Below, in pieces: positions 10,105-19,392 of a DNA stretch of 53,181 nucleotides. The position numbers and the translations under genes are program-made. Positions within the stretch are counted from its first letter, which is position 1. Every line of letters begins with the position of its first letter. The notes below the pieces were generated by a model that worked only from the letters and a program-made list of their open reading frames with translations, ran no database searches and was not told the origin of the DNA. The DNA is from a virus (Duplodnaviria; Caudoviricetes): the IMG/VR virus record IMGVR_UViG_3300005573_001133, positions 1-53,181 of that record; one strand, 5' to 3'.

Positions 10105-11127
10105 ATGGCAATCAACATTTATGATTGGGTCGAATTGACGGTAGCGGTTCAAAAAATAGAGGGGAAACCGCAGTTTTTGATGCAAAATGTTTTCAAAAAC
10201 AAGATTCAACACGCAACCGAAAAAATCGCTTGGGAAGAGATTGTGCAAGGTAAAAACCTTTCCAAGTTTCGAGGCAAATACGCAGACCCGTCGCCAGTTG
10301 CAAGTGAGGTTGGGAAAAATACAAAATCGTTTTCTTTGCCCCGTATCTATGAATCAAAGGCTCTTAATGTTCGTGATTTGGCGACCGTCTCGAATTCGGT
10401 GCAAGTCGTTCCTTCGAGCGTTAATGACGTCATCAGCAATGCCGATGCTATTATTCTCGGCGAACTCAAAGCACTGAAAGACCGAGTGACGAATACTATC
10501 GAATGGATGTGTGCACAAGCCATATCGAAAGGGGAAATTGTAGTAACTGGTGACGATGTAACATACGAATACAATTTCGGGTTTGAAACAGACAAACACT
10601 TTGTCACACCAACGACGGCGTGGAGTTCTACTTCGGCAAAGCCTTTGAACGACTTAATTAAATGGAAGCAGGCAATATGGCGAAGGACGGGAACATCACC
10701 AACAATAGTTCTAATGGGGGCTGACGCCCTCGATGCCTTCGTTTCCAATGAAGCAGTTTTGAAAGCCTTAAATAATTTGAATTACCAAGTTGGAAAATTA
10801 AACCTGAATAATACTATCGACTCAGGGGCTTTGTATGTTGGAACATTCAGTGGACTGGATGTTTACGGATATTCAAACGTATACGGAACCAGTGATGCCT
10901 TTGCTTCTGACAAAGTTGTTTTGATTGCCCCGAGTGATGACCTTGCTATACACTTCGGACCGATAGTGCGAGTTGACGATACAGGGAAAACACAGGTATT
11001 TGCACAGGATATGCTGGTTGAGACTATCCCTGGGCGATACAAAGAAAAAGTGGAAGTCACTATTGAAAGTTGGCCGTTGCCAATTGTTCCTAATCCAGAC
11101 TTGATTATAGTTGCGGATGTAGTGTAA
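10105..11127 (+). CDS. Major capsid protein, lambda E-like
   Basis: 340 aa; TIEWMCAQAI..G, WS..AKPLNDL and ESWPLP motifs. Confidence 0.87.
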   Translation: MAINIYDWVELTVAVQKIEGKPQFLMQNVFKNKIQHATEKIAWEEIVQGKNLSKFRGKYADPSPVASEVGKNTKSFSLPRIYESKALNVRDLATVSNSVQVVPSSVNDVISNADAIILGELKALKDRVTNTIEWMCAQAISKGEIVVTGDDVTYEYNFGFETDKHFVTPTTAWSSTSAKPLNDLIKWKQAIWRRTGTSPTIVLMGADALDAFVSNEAVLKALNNLNYQVGKLNLNNTIDSGALYVGTFSGLDVYGYSNVYGTSDAFASDKVVLIAPSDDLAIHFGPIVRVDDTGKTQVFAQDMLVETIPGRYKEKVEVTIESWPLPIVPNPDLIIVADVV

Positions 11128-11132
11128 GGGAT

Positions 11133-11540
11133 ATGGCAACTACAAACGAAATACTTGATTTAGTTTTCACAATCCGAGCCAAAGATGAACTGGGGCAATA
11201 TCTCGATGACGAACAGGTGTGGCAAGAGGGGTTGGAGTGGACACAACAGATGATGCAAAGGGCAACAACTTGTGTTTCGATGGCAAAGAGGTATATTGAT
11301 ACGATGTTAACGGGAAAGATAGACGATGAGTTGTATAACGATATATGGGCGGAGGCGACGGTGGTTTTTATCCTACGGAGGCGTGGGGGAGATGACTTCC
11401 GCACGATGGCGGAAATGTTGAAAAGTAAGATAGATGGAGTGGTGAACCGCCGAACCTCCGCCTATTTTGTATCGAGCCGTAGTGGACTTTGGCGTAGTGA
11501 CTGGTTTGATATCTTTGGGAAAGGTGACGAAAATGCTTGA
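11133..11540 (+). CDS. Putative head-tail connector, Mu gp36-like
   Basis: Position after the capsid gene, size and helical character. Confidence 0.5.
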   Translation: MATTNEILDLVFTIRAKDELGQYLDDEQVWQEGLEWTQQMMQRATTCVSMAKRYIDTMLTGKIDDELYNDIWAEATVVFILRRRGGDDFRTMAEMLKSKIDGVVNRRTSAYFVSSRSGLWRSDWFDIFGKGDENA

Positions 11541-11922
11541 AATAGTTAAGCAAATCGGGGAGACGATACAACAGAATGTTCGAGGTGTGCAAGTTGCCTA
11601 TTCGAAAATACCAACAAGTGTTGCCGACCTCAAAGCACTGGTCAGTATTCGGCTCGGAAAGATTACACCGATAGACGAGACTTCGGCTGGTGTTCCATAC
11701 AAGTTCCGCTATGACTTTCGGGTAGAAGTCTGGACACGGCAAGATAACATACTTCTTTGGTATGATATCGCAGACCAAGTCGTGAATGCTTTGCATTTGC
11801 AAACATTTTTGGAAGGTTTCACTTCCTTGATGCTAAACGACTTAACCTTCCTCGAATATCGGGGTGAATATGTATACGGATATATGGATTTTGTCTGTTT
11901 CAAGATAGGGGAAAAAATATGA
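11533..11922 (+). CDS. Putative tail completion/terminator-like protein
   Basis: ATG 11533 overlaps the upstream gene; FRVEVWT..IADQVVNAL pattern. Confidence 0.45.
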   Translation: MLEIVKQIGETIQQNVRGVQVAYSKIPTSVADLKALVSIRLGKITPIDETSAGVPYKFRYDFRVEVWTRQDNILLWYDIADQVVNALHLQTFLEGFTSLMLNDLTFLEYRGEYVYGYMDFVCFKIGEKI

Positions 11923-12251
11923 ACTGGCTCAAAAGGTATTGGTTCTATTTCGTTATCGTTGGACTTGTGGCGGTTATAGCAGGCACAATGTTCTACGAAT
12001 ATTTCAAAGTCTTTATCGGGGCATTGTTCTTTTGTGTAATTGGCGAGTTCGTTGCCGTTGTTCTTTCTGAATTGTCTTTGTATGCTTATACAAGGCTTAT
12101 GTTCACGAAACAACTTATTTACGGAGATGACGAATTGCTTTCTGATGAGGAACGGGCAAAGGCTATCGAGTTTGCGGGAAAAGTTTTTGTGGGTGTTCAT
12201 TTGTTGGTTGGTTTGATTATTGCAGGGGTTTATTTTGTCTATGTTTCGTAG
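11919..12251 (+). CDS. Putative holin (about 3 TM segments)
   Basis: Hydrophobic helices; directly upstream of the endolysin. Confidence 0.6.
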   Translation: MNWLKRYWFYFVIVGLVAVIAGTMFYEYFKVFIGALFFCVIGEFVAVVLSELSLYAYTRLMFTKQLIYGDDELLSDEERAKAIEFAGKVFVGVHLLVGLIIAGVYFVYVS

Positions 12252-12804
12252 TGTTGTTACAATTGTAATTCTTTCTGCTTTTCTTTGCACGGCAAAACCT
12301 CTGTCGAAGTATATTTACTACATTCAAACTCCACTGGTCGAGCGTAGTGAGTGGTATTGCCAGAAGGAAATGGGAAAATACGAACTCGGTAAAAATACAG
12401 GATTTTGTCGAATATACCAAGACGCAGTCGGTATCCCTGCGGGTGCATCATATTGTTACGCAGGGCAATACTGGTGTTATGAACAGGCGAGCCGTGAGTT
12501 GGGAATACAGAACCCGTTGCCACGAACGGGTATAGCAAATGTAATTTTTGACCTTGCGAAACTACGTGGGGAAAAAGGGAAAAAGATACAGCGACACGAT
12601 TTTGTGATTTGGCGAGTTCCGAAGGGTTGGGAAGGACATATTGAAAGAGTGAAAAAAGTATTAGGTGGCGGGTGGGTGGAAACTTATGCATTTAATGTTT
12701 CAGTTGGCAACCGAGAGGGTTCGGCAATCAAAAAACGGAACATCTTCTATCCGTTGGGGCGAAAAGCTTTTCGGGGTTTAGTAGGAGTGCAATATGAAAA
12801 GTAA
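12241..12804 (+). CDS. Putative CHAP-like endolysin with an N-terminal hydrophobic signal
   Basis: GIPAGASYC..GHIERV..ETYAFN pattern; similar to 16826-17347. Confidence 0.65.
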   Translation: MFRSVVTIVILSAFLCTAKPLSKYIYYIQTPLVERSEWYCQKEMGKYELGKNTGFCRIYQDAVGIPAGASYCYAGQYWCYEQASRELGIQNPLPRTGIANVIFDLAKLRGEKGKKIQRHDFVIWRVPKGWEGHIERVKKVLGGGWVETYAFNVSVGNREGSAIKKRNIFYPLGRKAFRGLVGVQYEK

Positions 12805-13291
12805 CGGAACAACTTTGATTGCAATTCTTTTGCTTTTGCTTTTTGTCTTGGTGTTTTGGCTTCGGTATTGTGGAAATGAACCGAGTGGGAAAAATCCAGA
12901 ACAACGATACCAGACCCCAGAAATTGTTCTGAAAGTAGATACGCTTGTTAAAGTCGATACATTGATTATTCAAAAAACAAAAATTGTGCCAAAGGTTATT
13001 AAAGATACTATTTTCATAACAAACGATACCGAACAAGTCGAAGGTTTCCGAGCCTGCTATGATACAAGTTTTGCTGGTGGCGGATTAGAAGTTTGCTTTA
13101 ATTTTCCTATTTCGACTTTCGATATTTCCCTAAAAATTCCAAGAGATACAATTTTGGTGCGACAAACAATTTTCCAAATCCTTGACCAATCGAAGGAAAG
13201 GAAATGGTATGAAAAGGGCTGGGAAGGTTGGATTTGGGGTGGAGCGGGACTTGTTACTGGTGTATTAATCGGGGTGGCAGTAGCAAAATGA
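12794..13291 (+). CDS. Putative spanin-like membrane protein
   Basis: N-terminal TM, repeated xDTx beta segments, C-terminal Gly-rich hydrophobic tail; follows the endolysin. Confidence 0.5.
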   Translation: MKSNGTTLIAILLLLLFVLVFWLRYCGNEPSGKNPEQRYQTPEIVLKVDTLVKVDTLIIQKTKIVPKVIKDTIFITNDTEQVEGFRACYDTSFAGGGLEVCFNFPISTFDISLKIPRDTILVRQTIFQILDQSKERKWYEKGWEGWIWGGAGLVTGVLIGVAVAK

Positions 13292-13617
13292 AAAAGACTA
13301 CTCACATAGCAGGGGATACTTTGGATTTAGTGATTAGCGTCAGTAATGAGGGGATAACACAGAACCTCAATGGGTGGGTTTTTTGGTGGACTTTGAAAGA
13401 AAACATAGAAGATAGTGATGCAAACGCCGTGATAAAGAAAAGATTTGTAGCGGGGAATGATACAAAAGTAGCGTTAGAGTTGACGGCAAACGAAACGGCT
13501 AATCTTTTGGGAACTTATTGGAGCGAAATCAAATTCGAGATGCCTTCGGGTTGGGTTGGTAGTTCGATTTTCCAGATTGAGTTCGTAAAACCAGTTTTGA
13601 GAACACGATGGACTTAA
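13288..13617 (+). CDS. BppU-N-like virion protein
   Basis: GDT..NLNGW..LTANETANL.G.YW.EI pattern. Confidence 0.55.
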   Translation: MKKTTHIAGDTLDLVISVSNEGITQNLNGWVFWWTLKENIEDSDANAVIKKRFVAGNDTKVALELTANETANLLGTYWSEIKFEMPSGWVGSSIFQIEFVKPVLRTRWT

Positions 13618-14099
13618 CACTTGAAATCAAAAAAGAGCAAATGGATATCGAAATAGCAAAAGAAGAGTTGGCGGTTGAAATTGCACAAGCAATAGTTTTA
13701 CAAGGAATGAACCCGAATATTTATGACTCCAACCTCGACGGCATTGTTGACAAAAGTGAAATTGTTGCAAGGTATTATGTATGTGGAGAGCAAATCAATA
13801 GTCTCAAAGTCGTTTTTGTCAGCAATGGCAAGATATACAAAGCGGATAGTTTGGACTGGTCAAGTATTGAAAAACTTGTTGGGATTACACTTCAAGCGGG
13901 GAACGAAAACGAAAGTGTATTGGTCTGTGTTCGAGGCGAGGTTCGAAACACAGGCTGGGGGTTAACAGAAGGTGCAAAGTATTTTCTCGGAACAAACGGG
14001 GATATTACTACTAATCCAACGGGAAATATTTGTGAAATAGGTTTTGCAAGTGATATAAATACATTAATTTTTGAAAAAGGTTTAACAATTCGGAGGTAA
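13608..14099 (+). CDS. Virion structural (fibre/cement-like) protein; 3' part shared with the gene at 52881
   Basis: YKAD..VGI..GEV..WGLTEGAKYFLGTNG motif; similar to the next gene. Confidence 0.6.
   Translation: MDLTLEIKKEQMDIEIAKEELAVEIAQAIVLQGMNPNIYDSNLDGIVDKSEIVARYYVCGEQINSLKVVFVSNGKIYKADSLDWSSIEKLVGITLQAGNENESVLVCVRGEVRNTGWGLTEGAKYFLGTNGDITTNPTGNICEIGFASDINTLIFEKGLTIRR
13722..13884 (+). repeat. Copy 1 of a 163-bp repeat (copy 2 at 53019-53181)
   Basis: Direct comparison shows 3 synonymous mismatches, then 121 identical nt (13764-13884). Confidence 0.95.
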
Positions 14100-14102
14100 G
14101 AA

Positions 14103-14618
14103 ATGGCAGACAAGTATTTGAAATTTGACGATACTTCCAAAGCACTGAAAGAACAAGAAGCAACCACAACAAGTTCTGGTGCGGGTGATGCGGGGAAAAT
14201 CGTAGCGTTGAATACAGACGGCAAGTTGCATTCTTCTTTGCTTCCAACGGGTATCGGGGCGGATACCATTGTTTTACCCGCTTATGAAAATCTTTCGGCG
14301 GGGAACTTTGTGAATATCTTCTCTGATGCAGGAACACCGAAGGTTCGAAAAGCAGACGCTACAAGCATTTCCAAAATGGCTCACGGGTTCGTTCTGGATA
14401 ATATCACACAGGGAAGTAATGCAACTGTGTATTTCGAAGGCTCAAATACGCAATTGAGCGGGCTAACACCTGGTGCAACATATTTCCTCTCGGCAACGGC
14501 GGGAGCGGTGACTACTACCCCTCCTACAACTTCTGGCTATATCGTGCAAGCGGTCGGTGTTGCTACAAATACAACTACCATCAATGTTGAGTTTGAACAA
14601 CCAATAATTCGGGCATAA
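14103..14618 (+). CDS. Virion structural (fibre/cement-like) protein
   Basis: ENLSAGNFVNI..RKADA..AHGFV..GLTPGATYFLS..QAVGVA motifs. Confidence 0.65.
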   Translation: MADKYLKFDDTSKALKEQEATTTSSGAGDAGKIVALNTDGKLHSSLLPTGIGADTIVLPAYENLSAGNFVNIFSDAGTPKVRKADATSISKMAHGFVLDNITQGSNATVYFEGSNTQLSGLTPGATYFLSATAGAVTTTPPTTSGYIVQAVGVATNTTTINVEFEQPIIRA

Positions 14619-14619
14619 T

Positions 14620-15657
14620 ATGGCAAAGGTTCTTACTTGGAGTGATACGAACAAAACAATAACCGAACAGGACATCGCAACTGGTGGCGAGGCGGTGAAT
14701 ATCGAAAACTTGACGGTGGACAAGTATCTCACCGCCAGCGATGCGCCAATACAGATGTATACCTGTTCTGCTAACCAAAATATATATCTTCCTACGACAG
14801 GCTTATCTTCTGGGCAAAAGTTTGTGATTTGGAATAAAAACGCATACGATTCAACCTATTATTTGATAATCCGAACAACAAGCACAATTTACTACCACCT
14901 TGACCCGCAATGCAAGATAGAATTGCGTTGGGATGGGACCGATTGGGTGGCTGAATGGGGGGAAAATGTTGCGATTGGGAAAAATACTTATAACAACAAT
15001 TACTATGGTGTTGGTGTTGGGAATTATGCTTTCAACAACTATAACTATGGTGTAGGTGTTGGGTTTGATGCTTTCAACAACTATAACTATGGTGTGGGTG
15101 TTGGGTATTTTGCTGGCAACAACTATAACTTTGGTGTTGGTGTTGGGAATTATGCGACATCAAATACAAAACAATACAATACCGTCGCCATCGGGACTTA
15201 CTCACAAGCAGAACGAAATCGAGAAATTGTAAGCACGGCAACGGACGCACTCAACAACAAAGCACAACTCACTATCCAAAAATATGTCGAAGAAGATTTA
15301 GCCAGCAACAGCGGGGCGTGGCAAGAGTTGTTCATTGACGGAAGTTCGGCGAGGTTGACTATCGTAGCAAGTTCCGTGTATCAGTTCTTAATACAAATCA
15401 ACGCAATCGACAAAACAAACTTCACTTGCAAGACTTGGAAAATCGAGGGGGCAATTAAGCGGGACGCTTCGAATAACACTACTCTAATAGGAACACCAAC
15501 CAAGACCGTCACAGGAGCGGATACAGGAACAACGAACTGGGACGTGCGAGTTTCGGCTGACGATACTAACGAAGCGTTGAAAATTGAGGTGAAGCACGAC
15601 TCAACAAATCAGGTTCGGTTTTCGCTGAACATTTTCGCAACAGAAACAAGGGTGTAA
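14620..15657 (+). CDS. Tail fibre/adhesin-like protein with YadA-head-like repeats
   Basis: Thr/Asn-rich; 14-aa NNYNYGVGVG repeats flanked by VAIG motifs. Confidence 0.65.
   Translation: MAKVLTWSDTNKTITEQDIATGGEAVNIENLTVDKYLTASDAPIQMYTCSANQNIYLPTTGLSSGQKFVIWNKNAYDSTYYLIIRTTSTIYYHLDPQCKIELRWDGTDWVAEWGENVAIGKNTYNNNYYGVGVGNYAFNNYNYGVGVGFDAFNNYNYGVGVGYFAGNNYNFGVGVGNYATSNTKQYNTVAIGTYSQAERNREIVSTATDALNNKAQLTIQKYVEEDLASNSGAWQELFIDGSSARLTIVASSVYQFLIQINAIDKTNFTCKTWKIEGAIKRDASNNTTLIGTPTKTVTGADTGTTNWDVRVSADDTNEALKIEVKHDSTNQVRFSLNIFATETRV
14992..15155 (+). repeat. About four 42-bp in-frame tandem repeats
   Basis: AACAAC(T/A)AT(A/T)ACT(A/T)TGGTGTnGGTGTTGGG starting at 14992, 15034, 15076 and 15118. Confidence 0.9.
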
Positions 15658-15658
15658 T

Positions 15659-15958
15659 ATGGCTTTAAGAAATCCCAACACGGGCGAATATCTCAAAATC
15701 GTAAGTTTCCAGTTTGACTTTCAACACGGCAACCATCATATCACCTATCTTATTTTTCGAGACCAAGAGCAGAGGGAAAGGTTTGAGCAAGGGCTTGGGG
15801 ATTACGAAAAATACCAGTGGGGGATGTATAATGGGATGGGTGTGATAGAAGAGAAGTTGAGGCAAGAGTTGGTAAACACAACCCCCTTTGATGCGATTTA
15901 CAAGGCTTGCTACGATAGTTTGAAGGCGGATGTTTTTGCGGGTTGGGAGAATGCCTGA
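15659..15958 (+). CDS. Hypothetical protein (possible fibre chaperone)
   Basis: Tightly coupled ORF after the fibre gene. Confidence 0.6.
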   Translation: MALRNPNTGEYLKIVSFQFDFQHGNHHITYLIFRDQEQRERFEQGLGDYEKYQWGMYNGMGVIEEKLRQELVNTTPFDAIYKACYDSLKADVFAGWENA

Positions 15959-16280
15959 TACGAAGATAAAAATTAACGGGAAGGAAGTTGAATTGATTTT
16001 TGTTGAACCTACGAGGTTTGACAGAGGGACTTATGGGGAGGCGGATGTTCGGGGATGTAAGATTTGGATATCAACAGAGGGGACACCAAAAGGCAAAACT
16101 GTTACTCTTCTTCACGAAATACTGCATTTCATAGCTGATGATTGGATTATAGAACTAGACGAAGACCAAATCCAAAGGCTTGCACAGGCTATCTTCCTTG
16201 TGTTACAAGAAAATGGAATTGATTTGACGAAGCTTTTACGAGGTGGACAAAATGGAAAAAGAGCAACCAAACGGATTTGA
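15951..16280 (+). CDS. Small HExxH zincin-like protein
   Basis: TLLHEILH motif. Confidence 0.7.
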   Translation: MPDTKIKINGKEVELIFVEPTRFDRGTYGEADVRGCKIWISTEGTPKGKTVTLLHEILHFIADDWIIELDEDQIQRLAQAIFLVLQENGIDLTKLLRGGQNGKRATKRI

Positions 16281-16482
16281 GGAGCTGAAATATTACATTA
16301 TGAGTAGTATTCAGGAAATCAAGGATAAGTTAGACAAACTTGAAGAGCGGGTAAATCTTTGGCGTCAGCAATCTCTTGCTGAAACAATCGAAATGAAAAC
16401 AAAGATTAGCGTTTTCGCTGGGATTATTGCCTTCATTGTGAGCTTAGGAGTTACAATAGTTTCAATATTATTTGCAAAGTGA
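16252..16482 (+). CDS. Coiled-coil protein with a C-terminal TM segment
   Basis: GAGGTG RBS; hydrophobic C-terminus. Confidence 0.6.
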   Translation: MEKEQPNGFEELKYYIMSSIQEIKDKLDKLEERVNLWRQQSLAETIEMKTKISVFAGIIAFIVSLGVTIVSILFAK

Positions 16483-16483
16483 T

Positions 16484-16630
16484 ATGCCTTGCGGGAAAGG
16501 AAAATCAAGTAAAGCAATATCGGAAAATATTAGAAGGCTTGTTCATAAAGGCTATCCACAAAAACAAGCAATTGCGATAGCCTATTCTGAATCAGGTTTA
16601 TCAAAGAAAATAAAAAAGGGGAAAAAATGA
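16484..16630 (+). CDS. Small basic phage protein, 48 aa (MPCGKGKSSKAISENIRRLVHKGYPQKQAIAIAYS...)
   Basis: Hand-translated and absent from the ORF track; fills the gap, has an ATGA overlap with the next gene and matches a common phage motif (ISENI..G.PQKQAIAIA). Confidence 0.75.
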   Translation: MPCGKGKSSKAISENIRRLVHKGYPQKQAIAIAYSESGLSKKIKKGKK

Positions 16631-16887
16631 AAAAGTTCACCATAAGTTTAGGTCTTCTAGGATTAATTCTTTTGGTTCTTTTGCTGGTATTTTTCCCAGC
16701 ATTTGGCACTTTTGGTGAAAGTTTGTTATTTCTATCGATTTTTCTTGCGGTGTTCTATCTTTTTGACCGCTATGTTATGAAAGAAATTGACACAATCGAG
16801 GAGTTAAAGTCCGGGAATGTGGCTTATGCGATATTTTTGGTGGCTATTGCTATTCTTTTTCTTGCAGTCGCCATTCTTGTTGGCTGA
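16627..16887 (+). CDS. Putative holin (DUF350-like, 3 TM)
   Basis: IDTIEELKSGNVAYAI between TM helices; upstream of the endolysin. Confidence 0.65.
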   Translation: MKKFTISLGLLGLILLVLLLVFFPAFGTFGESLLFLSIFLAVFYLFDRYVMKEIDTIEELKSGNVAYAIFLVAIAILFLAVAILVG

Positions 16888-17347
16888 TTTAGTGTCGACT
16901 GCGGAAAAATATGTTGGTGTCCGTGAAAGCGGACATAATCGTGGCTATTGGGTTGAAAAATTTCAGGCTTTCGTAGGAATACCCAAAGGTTCGCCGTGGT
17001 GTGCAGCGTTTGTCTCGTGGGTTCTTGAAGAAGCAAAGGCGAAATATCCGCCTATTCGTAGTGGTTTAGCAATGGATTTTGTGACGAAGCGAAGTATAAA
17101 GGCAAAGCACGTTGCCAAAGGTTACAAGCAGGTAGGGCGAAACTTTTTGGTGATTTGGAAGCGGGGAGATACTTGGAAAGGACATATAGGAATTGTAGTG
17201 AATTGGAACAAAATCAGCGGAGAGACGATAGAAGGAAATACAGGCGATGGTAATCTTCGAGATGGTGATGGAGTTTATAGGAAAAAGCGTTCAATTATTG
17301 ATTCACAAAGTTTTAGAATAGAATATTTTACACCAACAGAAGAATGA
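16826..17347 (+). CDS. CHAP-domain endolysin with a signal peptide
   Basis: YVGVRE..N, PWCAAFVSW, GHIGIV and TIEGNT motifs. Confidence 0.87.
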   Translation: MRYFWWLLLFFFLQSPFLLADLVSTAEKYVGVRESGHNRGYWVEKFQAFVGIPKGSPWCAAFVSWVLEEAKAKYPPIRSGLAMDFVTKRSIKAKHVAKGYKQVGRNFLVIWKRGDTWKGHIGIVVNWNKISGETIEGNTGDGNLRDGDGVYRKKRSIIDSQSFRIEYFTPTEE

Positions 17348-17787
17348 AAGACTTTTTATACATACTTGTAATTCTAATTTTCCTGCTTTTGTGGGGATAT
17401 GAAAGGTTTTTTGATACTCCGCAAGTGCAAACAATAGTGAAGCAAGATACAATTTTAGTTCGAGACACAATTCGTATTGAAAAGGTTAAGGGCAAAATCG
17501 CCTATCGAATAAAGGAACAAAGAGATACAATTGTAGTTTATGACTCAACACGATATATCGCTTGTTTTGATACATCAATCAGCAAAAGTTATATTTCTGT
17601 TTGTTATAATTATCCTGAGAATTTTTTCTCAACATCTATTGTTTTTAAACCGGATACTATTCAGAAATTTACAATTATTGAGAAACCTATATTGAAGGTA
17701 GAAACCCGAAAAGACCCGTGGTATATAGATGCTGCAAAAATTGGCGGTGGAATTATTTTAGGTTTTATGATTGGGCGAGTAAGATGA
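17344..17787 (+). CDS. Putative spanin-like membrane protein
   Basis: Same architecture as 12794-13291, including a shared ACxDTS motif. Confidence 0.5.
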   Translation: MKDFLYILVILIFLLLWGYERFFDTPQVQTIVKQDTILVRDTIRIEKVKGKIAYRIKEQRDTIVVYDSTRYIACFDTSISKSYISVCYNYPENFFSTSIVFKPDTIQKFTIIEKPILKVETRKDPWYIDAAKIGGGIILGFMIGRVR

Positions 17788-17788
17788 G

Positions 17789-18160
17789 ATGGATTTCAGC
17801 ACAATCATACAAGGATGGGGAAAGAAACCCAAAAGCCAAGAGGCTTTACAGGTTCATAAACTTTTGGGCGAAATTTTACGAAGTTTTTTCGAGGGGGAGG
17901 AGATTCCTTTTCTTTGGGAGGCTTTTTGGTTATATCAAGGCATTTCACTCGCCCAGTTGGAAAAATGGGAGCGAAAATTCGGCAATCAAGTTTGGTTCAA
18001 AAATGCAATGCAGGATATGAAAATGCTTTTCGCAAATAAAATTGCCGAACGGTCGAAGTTTTTGGGTCCAGAAAATACCAAAAAGCTATTAGAAAGAGTT
18101 TTAGAGCAACAAACAGAAAAAGCAATTCATATAAGCGAGACAATTGAGATAAAGCAATGA
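17789..18160 (+). CDS. Putative terminase small subunit
   Basis: Position and ATGA overlap with terL; no motif recognised. Confidence 0.5.
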   Translation: MDFSTIIQGWGKKPKSQEALQVHKLLGEILRSFFEGEEIPFLWEAFWLYQGISLAQLEKWERKFGNQVWFKNAMQDMKMLFANKIAERSKFLGPENTKKLLERVLEQQTEKAIHISETIEIKQ

Positions 18161-19392
18161 AGCGGGTGGAGTTTTTTACATATCTTTCAAAACCGCAATA
18201 TCAAGTATATGCAGATGATAACCGTTTCATTCTGCTGATTGCAGGACGGCGTTTTGGTAAAACCTTTTTGTCTGCATATAAGATGCGCCAATGGGCAAAG
18301 AAACCAAACTCACTTTTCGGATATGTAGCTCCATCGTATCGTATGGCAAAAGGAATTTTCTGGGCAATTCTGCTTTCGATTATACCACAAAGTATGATAG
18401 AAGCTTGCGAAAAAAACTCACTGATTATAAAATTGATAAACAATGCCGAGATTCGCCTTTTCGGTGCTCAAAATTATGATTCAATACGGGGTTTAGGTTT
18501 CGATGGTGTTATAATTGACGAAACGAAAGATATTCCACGAGAAGCGTGGTATGAAGTAATTCGTCCTGCACTTTCTGACCGAAACGGAAAAGCACTTGTA
18601 ATAGGAACGCCAAGAGGTAGAAGTGATTTGCTTTTTGATATTTATAGTTCTGAGCAGTTCAAGAAGTATCATTTCCGCACGATTGATGGCGGATGGGTTT
18701 CGCAAGAAGAAATAGAACAGGCGAAGCGGGAACTTGATGAACGGACGTTCAAGCAGGAATACGAAGCGGAATTTGTTGACGAAACTGGAATGGTTTATTA
18801 TGCTTTTTCGGACGAAAATCTTACAGAATATGAACCACAGAAAAATCTTCCTATCTTTCTTACTTGGGATTTCAATGTTGGCGAGCGTCCAATGAGCTGT
18901 ATATTACTACAAGAGAAAGAAGGGAAAGTATATGCTTTCAAAGAGTTTGTATATTTCAACTCAAATACACATTACACGGCCGAAGCAATAGGGGAATACT
19001 TACGAAAAGAGAAGTTCAAAGGCGAGATTTGGGTTACAGGGGATTACACGGGCAACGCAATGAAGAGCAGTGCTACGAAAAGCGATTACGAAGTGATATT
19101 ACAAACTCTTCGAGGCTTTGGATTTTCGCCAAGATTGAAAATTAGACCCGTAAAATCAATCAAAAATCGGGTTGCAATGCTGAATGGTTTGTTCTGCAAT
19201 ACTCTTGGTGAGCGGAGACTTTTTGTTGACAAGCAAAAATGCAAGCGACTGATAGATGATTTACGACGGGTAGTTTGGCGTGAGGATGGCGTTTCGCTCG
19301 ATGACCGCAATCCAGAGCGAACACACCCAAGCGATGCTCTTTCGTATTATGCTTATAATTTTTCAAAGTCAGTAATAGTTGATGTGATATGA
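18157..19392 (+). CDS. terL: Terminase large subunit (terminase_6 type)
   Basis: AGRRFGKT, VIIDE, IGTPRG, FKQEYEAEF, TWDFN and HPSDALSY motifs. Confidence 0.93.
   Translation: MKRVEFFTYLSKPQYQVYADDNRFILLIAGRRFGKTFLSAYKMRQWAKKPNSLFGYVAPSYRMAKGIFWAILLSIIPQSMIEACEKNSLIIKLINNAEIRLFGAQNYDSIRGLGFDGVIIDETKDIPREAWYEVIRPALSDRNGKALVIGTPRGRSDLLFDIYSSEQFKKYHFRTIDGGWVSQEEIEQAKRELDERTFKQEYEAEFVDETGMVYYAFSDENLTEYEPQKNLPIFLTWDFNVGERPMSCILLQEKEGKVYAFKEFVYFNSNTHYTAEAIGEYLRKEKFKGEIWVTGDYTGNAMKSSATKSDYEVILQTLRGFGFSPRLKIRPVKSIKNRVAMLNGLFCNTLGERRLFVDKQKCKRLIDDLRRVVWREDGVSLDDRNPERTHPSDALSYYAYNFSKSVIVDVI

Larger units (their letters stand above)
1..13763 (+). mobile_element. Phage A, partial: packaging, head and lysis modules with Mu-like and lambda-like head genes
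   Basis: Co-directional terminase, DUF935 portal, Mu F/G, protease, D/E capsid and lysis genes; a second complete head set follows downstream. Confidence 0.8.

Noticed and set aside
13722-13884. Phage terminal repeat or attL/attR pair
   Set aside because: The repeat lies inside a structural gene, differs only at synonymous sites and is far from the integrase
14992-15155. DGR template or variable repeat (AAC-rich)
   Set aside because: No reverse transcriptase in the window and no separate TR/VR pair; these are in-frame protein repeats
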